Assembly: GCA_024626585.2 (NCBI GenBank)
Contig: JANKJI020000002.1
Location: forward strand, 147,740,447 to 147,760,817
Reading direction: 5' to 3'
Length of the DNA stretch: 20,371 nt
Source of the DNA: Ginkgo biloba
Taxonomy: Eukaryota > Plantae > Ginkgophyta
Made by a program: the position numbers and the translations under genes. The notes under the pieces are model-generated. The model did no database searches and was not told the origin of the DNA. It was given only the letters and a program-made list of their open reading frames with translations. Of this stretch, positions 10,895-20,371 are shown in pieces (positions within the stretch are counted from its first letter, which is position 1; every line of letters begins with the position of its first letter).

Positions 10895-12716
10895 TGATCC
10901 AAGATGTATTCATATAATATTGAATCTAAGTTGCTATAACATGAAGTTTGAGAAATTTAGATTCACCTACAAGTCAAATGCAAGTCAACCAATTCACTTG
11001 CATGTTAGATATAGGTAAGATTCAATATAAGTTGAATGTAGATGAGATGTATAAAAATTCATTGGTAGATTATGGTAATCTAGAGATATAAGGAGCATCA
11101 TTTATATCTAAGTTATAAGTGACATATAACATATATAAAAATCAAATAATGGCAAAGAGTGAAGTCACTTACTTGAACTACAATTTCAAGTGAAGCTTAA
11201 TAACCCACCTATATTCAATTTATATCACCTTAATTTCACTTCTAGGTTATCATAAGAAATTCATATAAGTCCATAGATTTTTTGTCTTTGGTTCACCTGC
11301 AATTGGAGTGAATATTACTTAGGTTTATTGTAGTTATTGCCTATACCCTCAATGTAAGTAACCCAATGGAGAATTCACTTGCACGTAGGATGTAATAAAT
11401 TTAATTGCATATATATTTCAAGTAAGTCACTTGCACACGAAGTGAAAGGAAGTCATAAGGTGCAAGTAAGGCACTTTCACATAAGATACAAGTAAGTCAC
11501 TTACACACTGATTATACGTAATACAAATTATAAGTGACATAGATTGCAAGTGACTTCCCATCAACTAAAGGATAGCTACATAAGTTATAAGTGACTTCCT
11601 ATCAATTAATAAATAACTACACAGGTTGTAAGTGACTTATTTCCAATTGATAAAAGGTTACCTACACCTAAGATGCAAGTGACTTTCTATTATTTTTAAG
11701 TAGTCAACTTGCTATTTTTTTTTATTAGTTATATTTTTGGAAAAATTGAGAAAAATACATATAAATTCATCCTTCGATCAAAGAAGAAAAGTTGTGTCAT
11801 TTTCTATTAGCTTAGAAAAAATCCTAAGAGAATAAAAAATAGAGCTACGATTTGTAATTTATGGTCAAAATTATGACTACCTTTCATAAAGTGAAAAAAA
11901 TGAAAAGGCATTTTGGGAGGACGTTTTGAAGAAACTGATAATGATAGCTACTATGAGTCTTAGTTGTCCATATTTTTGGAAATAGGATGGTTTAGATTCC
12001 ATTTGGAGGGAATTGAAAATCTAAGTTAAAAACTTACAATTTAAATATATGTTTTTGAATTTTGGTATTTATTTTTTGGGGTATTGTTGGAAAATAACAT
12101 AGGGAGAGCCTTCAATAGGACCTCATATGCACCATTTAGCCTTGGTTGGGAAATGTGCAATGGTAATATACTATTATGTATACCTATGTAGACATCTAGA
12201 CATGTTTTAATGAGATTATTCTTTTCCTATTAGTAATTTCTTTGTATTCTTCAATTGANNNNNNNNNNNNNNNNNNNNNNNNNNNNNNNNNNNNNNNNNN
12301 NNNNNNNNNNNNNNNNNNNNNNNNNNNNNNNNNNNNNNNNNNNNNNNNNNNNNNNNNNTTTAAAATGTAAGTGAACCTTAATGGTTTATTTTTCTTCCTC
12401 CTCTGCTCTATTTTTCTAAATCTCCAACCTTTTTGTGGAGAGTCTCATTTTGGTTATCCCACATAGTGGGATATTTCTATCCATGACCATGTAGCCCATT
12501 TAAGTAAAGCTCAGTCATCATTTTATTTCTTTTAAGAATTCATATATTTGCACATGCATTATGAAGTTCATGTTTATGTTGTGAGTTATTCCTTATGATC
12601 TAAAATCATATCTAAAAGGTTCAAATTTAAACATATACCTTTTTATAAAATGGATTCCTACTATATTCTTAAACATGCTTCCACATATGTGCATCTCATA
12701 GGTATATTTTGGATCA
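10895..12716 (+). repeat. 3' LTR of element B (~1.8 kb including one gap)
   Basis: TGATCCAA...TTGGATCA perfect 8-bp terminal inverted repeat, followed by the TSD CAAAT. Confidence 0.92.
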
Positions 12717-12721
12717 CAAAT

Positions 12722-13528
12722 ATGGATGTTTGTGGTTTATTAGAGGGAAAATGTCATTAATAAGTTAGGAAAGTAATTTATTATTATCTTGAAAATATTT
12801 AGATACTTGTAAAACATGGGAAGAAGGTAGTCATTCCTTATCTCAACAATTATTATACTTCTTTCTTATCTTCCAAGCAATCCGCTAAGCTTACCGGTCA
12901 TGTACAAAAGTATACTTTAATCATGTTTAAGAATGTGGAATAATTTTAATTGATATGTAATGATACCTACCAATAATATATCTCTCTCTCTCTTCTTTGA
13001 TCTCATCATTATGTATTTGAGGATATAAGAGTTCTTCCTTCTCATAAATCTATAGAATATTAAATAGATCTAGTTCTAGGTTCTACCCTTCCTAATTGGC
13101 TTTTATATATATTTTTAGTAACTAAAAATTATAAAGTCAAAATATAGCTATAGGAACTCTTAGATATTAGACACATCCAATCCAACACTTTATCATATGG
13201 CTCATTATTTCTCCTAATATCTAAGACACATGGATGATAGAGGCAATTCATTAATTTTTTATTCATTAATAATATTATAATTAAAAGTTTATGACTACTT
13301 CTTAGGATTGATGATCCTATCAATCAACTTAATGGTGTTATGTTGCATTAAAATAATGATATTAAGAGTGTGTACCATAAAGTGTAGATTAAAGAGGAAG
13401 ATACATTGAACATAACTTTCAATATTACATTTTGACTATTTAAATTACTTTTTATTCCATTTGGACTTATCAATGCACTAGTAAAATTTATGAGGTTAAT
13501 GAATGATATCCTTGGGGATTTCATGAAT
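12722..13528 (+). mobile_element. Degenerate Ty3/Gypsy pol (protease C-terminus to reverse transcriptase N-half), host element A right part
   Basis: One frame with about 16 stops: MDVCGLLEGK...YVFEDIRVLPSHKSIEY*IDLVLGSTLPN...L*ELLDIRHIQSNTLSYGSLFLLISKTHG**RQFINF...LLRIDDPINQLNG...DIKSVYHKV*IKEED...FIPFGLINALVKFMRLMNDILGDFMN. These correspond to Gypsy RT motifs LPRIDDL, DLKSGYHQ and MPFGLTNAPATFMRLMN. Ends before YxDD. Confidence 0.92.
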
Positions 13529-15491
13529 CGACATCAATGGGTGCTACCTCCATTGGTGGAGGAAGACTATAGGGGAGTGAAATCCATTGTGAAAGGCCAT
13601 CAGATGCAAATAGGTGTCTCATTGAGGGTATTGAACATTCAAGCCGATAACATTGTCACAAGCCCATGTGTAGTGTTTCTCAAAAGCCAACAACAATATG
13701 TTAGTTCATGTCACATGATGTGGGATTCCCCATTGGCTAGTTCAAAGTTTCGTCCCATCAACTCTAGGTAGATATTGAAGACCATGTGCCTAGAGATCAA
13801 TGCATTTTCAAGCTTTGATCGTTGGAGGTAGAGATAGAAGCACACTTTTATCTTTAGATGTCTTGTCTTCTATGAGATTAGAGGGAGATACTATTGCCTC
13901 TTCAAAGATGTCGAGGGATTCCTCTCCACATTCAACGAGATGTCAAACATTGTTCGAAGACCAGGATTAGTNNNNNNNNNNNNNNNNNNNNNNNNNNNNN
14001 NNNNNNNNNNNNNNNNNNNNNNNNNNNNNNNNNNNNNNNNNNNNNNNNNNNNNNNNNNNNNNNNNNNNNNNAATTTAGGATAGTTATTTTCTAATTTTTT
14101 TATTGTTTTAAATTTATTTGCTTCATCCTTAAACATTTTTATAGCATTTAACCAACCTACACTATCATATCTATAGAAAAAACTTCCTATTGTTCCCATT
14201 CATTTTTTAAGATAAAATATCAATCCTCCCATCAATCTCCTCTTAGATATGAGAACTAACACCTTGTCCTCTTTATTATACCATAAATTTCTACATATTC
14301 CTAATTATACATTACACTTCTAAATCTCCCTAATTATACCATATGCATCCTTAGTTAAGACATTAATTATTTCTAGCCAAGATATCATGGTAATGGTTCC
14401 TCTTCTATGTATGTCCTCTTCTTATCCAAAGGTAAGTCTTCAATAAGGAAAAAGTTATGGTTTATAAGAAAATAACGTCTTGAAGGGAGAAAGAGGATTT
14501 CATCCTAATGGCCAAGTGATGAATAAGGAAAGTGAGATTATGATATGAATATGGCTAAAATATTATCTAAACATCCACGAGAAGATTTAATACAAAGGAA
14601 GGAAATCCTTATAGTATTATAATTTCTCCTAATTTGTTTATCCTTTTCTATAAATATATCTCTCCAAATGAATTTCCTTTCAACCCAAATATCATAAATA
14701 TATAATGAGATATATTATAATTATTATGTATTTATATTACTTATTTATAATTAACGGTTAGTAAGATTTAAACATGTGATGACCTACCATGTTCATTAAA
14801 TATCAAGAGTCTTTTCATACATTCCACACCCTATTTTTACCTAAAAGGATTTTTAGTAGAAAATATATTTTACTAGGATTTAATAGAGCATCTTTAGAAT
14901 ATAATTAAAGTAAAATGTTTGCAATGTATGTTTACAACCCATATCTTGTATAATATGTAAAGGTTCCTTTTTTGGTACACAAAAATGCCATCCCAAAGAT
15001 TGAGGTTAAGAGGAATGCAATGATATAAGGATTATGTTATTTAATAATGAGGTTGGATAATTTGGAAAGATAAATAAGAAGTTATGTAATGGTAAAATGA
15101 AAAGAAAAAAAAGAAAAGAGAATAAATAGAGAACACACTTTGGATCACATTTATATCTCATTGTCTTTGAAAAGATCTAATAACTAAAGGTTAGAAAGAG
15201 TACATCATATAGATCAAGTGGGAATAACATAAACTATGATAAATAATATCATAAAATGGATAAGGATAGGTCACATTACTATTTGGAATAATAATTAAAA
15301 ATTCAAGAGGGTATGGATAGGTCCCACATTCACTAGTTTTTGTAAACATAAGATTATATGGAAAATATACTAAAATTAGTTCATATATCCATTCTACAAT
15401 TGATACAAAGATGTATTATGTGAGTGGATAAAAACATTTACTATTTTCTTATTATGGAAAATAATACCATGGCATAATTCTAATACTAGTA

Positions 15492-15672
15492 TAGACTATA
15501 GAATTTATAGTCATTTTAAGTTACACCCTGACCCAAATGATCATGGTGCAACTTACACCATATGAAATTTATTTTAGGTATTAGATTATAGAATTCATAG
15601 TCATGCTAATATACACCTTGATCCAAATTATCATGGTGTAATTTACATCATATGAAATTTGTTTTTAGGTAT
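15492..15672. repeat. Tandem duplication, 90 bp x2
   Basis: tagactatagaatttatagtcat... at 15492 and tagattatagaattcatagtcat... at 15582; both end in atatgaaattt..ttttaggtat. Confidence 0.9.
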
Positions 15673-15900
15673 CATCCATATCTTCTCTTTGTCAAATATC
15701 ATTGTTTGGNNNNNNNNNNNNNNNNNNNNNNNNNNNNNNNNGAATATGTAGAACTTATAATTATCCTATTATTCAAAATATATAAAAGAGAAAGGAACTT
15801 ATTATTAACATATTAATTGATCTGTCTTCAATTATATGGACCATGGAATATTGCTACTAATGTCATTGATATTGAAAGGAGTATTTAGAATGGATCATAG

Positions 15901-16179
15901 GGTAGAGTAAGAAGAAGAAATAATACTAATTTTGATAGAAAGGACTTTAAAAAATTAAATAAATCATATTATATAGAATACATTGTTTTAAATTATCTAG
16001 TATAATAATTCAACTTATATGAATGAATTATAAATTATAACCTAGGTAGAGGAAGAAGAAGAAATAAGACTAATTTTGATAGAAAGGACATTAAAAAATT
16101 AAATCAAGAATAGTAGATGGAATAAATTTTTTGAAATTGTTTAGTAGAATAATGAAACTCATATTAATGAATTATAAAT
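15901..16179. repeat. Tandem duplication, ~144 bp x2
   Basis: ggtagag(t/g)aagaagaagaaataa(t/g)actaattttgatagaaaggac at 15901 and 16045; both end in aatgaattataaat. Confidence 0.9.
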
Positions 16180-16597
16180 AGGCCTATATTATACTAGTGG
16201 ATTCTTAGGGCTATCAGGATTTAATCTACCAAACTTTCCTTCAACATAACATTAAACTTGAGGGGATAGAGGGATCAATCATATTATGGAAATGGGAGTC
16301 ATTAGATTCATTATGGAGGCATATAAAACTATATAATAATGACTAAAATATAATGATAATATCACTATAATCACCAAAAGAAAAATACAAAATTTTAAAA
16401 CTCAATGATGTCACCCCAAAAATATGAGACTTAGACAAGTAGATTGTAGAGTGATGAAATTTTCAAAGCATATTTTTCATGTGAAAGAAGTAAAAGGGTA
16501 ATTATATGATATATCCACATAAATTATATGGAAATATGGTTCTATATTACCCTAATGAAAATAATTTCTACATGATGGATGGAATTCCTAGGTAGGA

Positions 16598-17780
16598 ATG
16601 TCCATTAATAATATCGGGGAAGGCAGTAGGGTTTGGAAGGATAGTGAGGGGGATAGATCTTTGAAGTCTTTTGGACAATATCTATCCTCTCCCTTAGATT
16701 CTACTAAGGGGTTTGCACAAGTGGTTCCTCCTTTTATGATTACTGCTGAGGTTGTGACTCGTGACCCTTCATTACTCTCCTTTGAGAAGGGTTTGGGGGG
16801 AAAGCCCAGGTATAGTTATAACCTTAGGACTAGAAATGTTCTCATTTTTTATAGAGGAGATGTTGAAGGGGGGTTGAGTTTAAAACCTAGGAAAGGAGGG
16901 AAGGGGCTTGGAAGGGGCATAATATCTATCATATATATAGCCCAAGATAAGGTTGCTATAGAATTAGTGGAAGGGAAATAGTCATCCATAAAAGGGGTTC
17001 TTAAAGAAAAGACAACCCCAGGGCCTATTATCCAATGATTTATCTTACGCTAAACTATAGAGGGTTAGGCCATCCCTCAAAAAAATAGGCCTTGAAGAGA
17101 TTGGTTCAAGTACATAATCATGATATCCTTTTTCTTCAAGAGACTATGAGTGAGGGAATCAAACTTGTTTTTGAACTGGAGAAAAATTTTGGGGGTTGGG
17201 AATTCTCTTATTTAGATGCTAGAGGGAACTTTAGGGGTTTGGTATCAGGTTGGAGATCTGGGGCTTTATATCGTACTAAATCTTTGGCCTTTTCATCAAG
17301 TTTGGGCACTATTTTATTCTCCCAGGAGTTGGGTTTGGAGATAATAGTCATGAACATCTATAGGCCTTATATAAAAAGAGAGTTTTTTTGGGAGAATATC
17401 TTTGGAATGGATATTTTGAGGTAGGGGAGGGTCATTCTAGGAGGTGACCTTAATTTTTCTCTTAGAATGGATGAAGTATGGGGTAAATCTACTTTGGTGG
17501 ATTTCTTATTAGATTTTTTCATGAGAATGTTTAAAGAAGTGGGGTTGATAGATGTAGCTCCAATCAAGTTATGTCCTACTTGGAGAAACAAAAGGATTGG
17601 AGATTATAGGATAGCTAAAAGGTTGGACAGGTTTTTACTGACTGGAGACTTCTCTAATGAATAGATCAGAGTTAGATAGTGGGTTGGCTCTAGGGGGATT
17701 CTAACCATTTTCTTGTGTTATTGGAGGTGTCCAAAGGGGTTCCAAAGCCATCTAGTTCCTATAAGTTCAACCTGATGTGC
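16598..17780 (+). mobile_element. L1-clade LINE fragment: ORF1 C-terminus and ORF2 APE-like endonuclease
   Basis: ORF2 from ATG 17035: MIYLTLNYRGLGHPSKK*ALKRLVQVHNHDILFLQETM...NIYRPY...VILGGDLNFSL...PTWRNKR...IAKRLDRFL...(frameshift) GDSNHF...YKFN. These are the APE motifs NxRG, LQET, GDxN, RLDR and SDH. The upstream frame ends in TGA 17036-17038, overlapping that ATG. No RT follows. Confidence 0.92.
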
Positions 17781-19048
17781 CATCATACCTTGAGAGGGCT
17801 AGTACATGGTTCTATGGATATGGCTTGTTGAGGGGGCTATGACCAAAGGGGACTCATGGAGAGTTTTTCACCTTCGGGTTTTCTCTTCCTAGCACTTTCT
17901 ATTTCTCTCATTACTTTATTGACTATGGGTTAGTAAAGAACTCNNNNNNNNNNNNNNNNNNNNNNNNNNNNNNNNNNNNNNNNNNNNNNNNNNNNNNNNN
18001 NNNNNNNNNNNNNNNNNNNNNNNNNNNNNNNNNNNNNNNNNNNATAAGTAAGAGGTGCATCTATAACAATGGGATGCGTTGGCTAGAGAAATAATATGTT
18101 TTTTTTCAATACTCTTTGAATAGTGTGGTCTAATGATATCCAACTATTAAAATATTCTATGTGGTTACTTAAACAACATATCATCCACCCCAAGCTTCAA
18201 AGTGACATTCATTTGAAATAAACTTAGGTCCATATTAGGTATGGTATATTCATAAGAGACCATCAAGAGATATTTTATGTAGTATGTCACCCAATACAAC
18301 ATAATTGGATGTCTTATGTTTTAGTTTATTCCTTAAAACTTAATCAATATTTGAAGTATGGGTCATTATTTTTAAATAGAAAATAATCTCAACATAATCT
18401 TATCATTTATTGATATGAAAAATATTCCTTAATATAATGAGAAATATTTTACCATTCTATTATATATAAGGTTAGGTGAATAGGATAATTATTTAGAATT
18501 CATTCATATTTTAACTTTATCGTTTACAAATTCAAAGTTTAATTCATTTAGGAGAATAATACATTGACTAGACCATCTTGAGTTATGAATATTATCCATT
18601 AGGTATTTATATGGATTATAAGGAATTATGGTTTATCACAGTTAGGAAAAAGGTAGTTCCTTATTCATTTTGCTATATAGACTATTACTAAGCACTCATT
18701 TTCTATTAGAAGGTATTTTAGTTTGTGATAAAATAGAACTTTATTGATATAATAAATTATTCTTTCATAATTTTTGTAATATTCTTCCATAAAATTTGGA
18801 ACTAATGGTGTTATATATGGCCATTATATATAGGATAAATTCTTTCACAAAATTAGGTGGAATACAAATTAGATCTTTGGGGAGTATTATTTTAAGATCT
18901 TCAAAATATTTTCAGCTTGTTTAATTTATTGAAATGTAAGGTTATTTTGTACGATCTTATACAAGTGTAGGAAGTTCTAATATTTTTTTAGTTAATTATT
19001 GTATGTTCTACTTAATAAGGATCTTAATTCAAATTTTTGGAGGTAGAA

Positions 19049-19172
19049 TGTAAAGAACCTGCAACAAGAATCACACAAAAAGCACAAACAAGAGAACAAC
19101 AGAATGCAAAGATCACAAAAAGGATGCAAGATGATTTTATTATCTGCCACTTCGAGGGTGGTAACCTCCCAA
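19049..19172 (-). mobile_element. Possible LTR terminus fragment
   Basis: Abrupt switch at TGTAAAG to a CA/A-rich tract ending gattttattatct, which is typical of an LTR U5 end read in reverse. Cut by a gap; no TSD or partner visible. Confidence 0.3.
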
Positions 19173-19479
19173 NNNNNNNNNNNNNNNNNNNNNNNNNNNN
19201 NNNNNNNNNNNNNNNNNNNNNNNNNNNNNNNNNNNNNNNNNNNNNNNNNNNNNNNNNNNNNNNNNNNNNNNNTAGGTATGAAATTCCTTTTGTCACATAT
19301 AAAATTTCTTGGGAGGACCATGAAGAATAAAAATACGAGGAGACCATTTTTATCTTCCTTACAACATATAGAAAATAGGATTAGGACCTTCCTTAAATAA
19401 AGGCACATTCTCAAATAAAAAAGAATAATTCTTCAAAGGTGAAATCATATTCATTATTAGGACCATATACTACAATTAG

Positions 19480-20371
19480 GAGAGGAAAAATGGGGTTTTT
19501 CTAGGGTTTTCACCTTATGGAGGTTATCGGTGGCCTTTCTCTCTATTTTTGATGTTCCTAGACGAGGCGACGCTCGTAGGGTGCCTCAGGCGAAGGTTGT
19601 TGGTCTTCTTATTTTTTTGCCCGCTGTTATAGTTCTCACTAAGGTATTTTATCCTTGTGCGTTTTCAACTTTATGATTTCTATTATTGTTCTATCCATTT
19701 TTGGAAGCTTCTGGGTTTTGAAGGATGCCTCATTAGGGCTACAATTGAGGGCATGAGTGCTAGAATTTATTTGGAGATGGCCTGGGGTGGGTATTTTCTT
19801 GTGAGCTCTATTTTATATAGGGTTTTATGAATCACCTAGCTAGGGTTTGATGGTGCTAATAGTTTCCTTGCTATTCTCTCTTAATGTGGGTGCTCATAAA
19901 GAGCCCATTTCTACCTCTCATACTACTAGGAAGTATGGTAGTAGTCGTGGTGCATCTGTTTGTTGACCAATGTTTTGGGTTCCATTTTTTCCCCCTGTCA
20001 CTAGAAGTTTGGTGGTCACTTCATATTTTTGGTGTGTACTTGGCAGTATGGCAGTATCCGCATTGACTAATTTTCTTAAGAGGGTTGCAAGGCTTCGGTC
20101 CTTGTCTTTCTTTGTGCTTGCGGTTTCATTTCTAGACTATTTAAAATATCTAAGTTTCTTCTTATGAGCAGTAGATGTAAATGAATGAAAGTTATTCATT
20201 ATTGAATGTCTGCCTTTTAGTAACTGATGTACTTTCTCAAAAGCCTGTAAAGTGGTTTCAAGATTCTCTATTTCTATTTTGATTAGTCTATAGACTTTTA
20301 GTAATCGTTGACAGAATTTTGTAAAAGGTTTGGGGACCTTTCAACACCCCTTCTACCCTAATCAAAAAAAA
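19480..20371 (+). mobile_element. Probable non-LTR retroelement 3' non-coding region ending in poly(A)
   Basis: G/T-skewed tract with three TAGGGTTT copies, ending ...ccccttctaccctaatcAAAAAAAA at the window edge. No coding domain recognised and the left boundary is approximate. Confidence 0.4.

Larger units (their letters stand above)
6464..12716 (+). mobile_element. Structurally complete Ty3/Gypsy (chromovirus-like) LTR retrotransposon, element B, nested in element A
   Basis: 5-bp TSD CAAAT at 6459-6463 and 12717-12721; termini TGATC...GATCA; paired LTRs; PBS at 8145; gag; PPT at 10881. Confidence 0.92.

Noticed and set aside
6961-11690. CRISPR-like look of the spaced palindromic repeats
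   Set aside because: Repeats are degenerate, spacers resemble each other, they sit in paired LTRs of a plant retroelement, and there are no cas genes.
13471-13480. caatgcac as a possible start of GAPB exon 6 (S-N-A)
   Set aside because: It is the PFGLxNA motif of the Gypsy RT; there is no acceptor AG and no SCTTNC.
3082-19414. ORF-track entries containing X runs
   Set aside because: Artefacts of translating N gaps.
19884-20167. Hydrophobic 60- and 65-aa ORFs
   Set aside because: Expected from T/G-rich non-coding sequence; no family resemblance.

Overview
Eukaryotic land-plant nuclear DNA from a gappy scaffold: 13 N-runs, 8 of them exactly 100 N and so probably of unknown size. A gymnosperm-type large genome is my inference from the old, methylation-eroded retroelements; it is not proven. 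Bases 1-3.1 kb hold the promoter and first five coding exons of a chloroplast NADP-dependent GAPDH subunit B gene (GAPB): join(1286..1411,1697..1813,2396..2557,2654..2821,2911..3071), all GT-AG, with a ~94-aa transit peptide. The gene stops just before the catalytic-Cys exon (SNASCTTNC), which I cannot find in the remaining 17 kb. The rest is stacked retroelement debris: a minus-strand Gypsy protease relic (4.9-5.2 kb); an old Gypsy element (gag 5.7-6.1 kb, protease-RT 12.7-13.5 kb) split by a structurally complete nested LTR element (6464..12716; two long LTRs, PBS-Met, PPT, CAAAT target-site duplication); an L1 ORF1/endonuclease fragment (16.6-17.8 kb); short tandem duplications; and a probable poly(A)-tailed non-LTR 3' end at the window edge. 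I see no convincing new multi-gene system. The best leads are a palindrome plus G-quadruplex module in the GAPB promoter, a candidate in-frame 30-nt cassette exon in the transit peptide region, palindrome-built LTRs with a one-sided fold-back insertion, and the unresolved fate of the GAPB 3' half.
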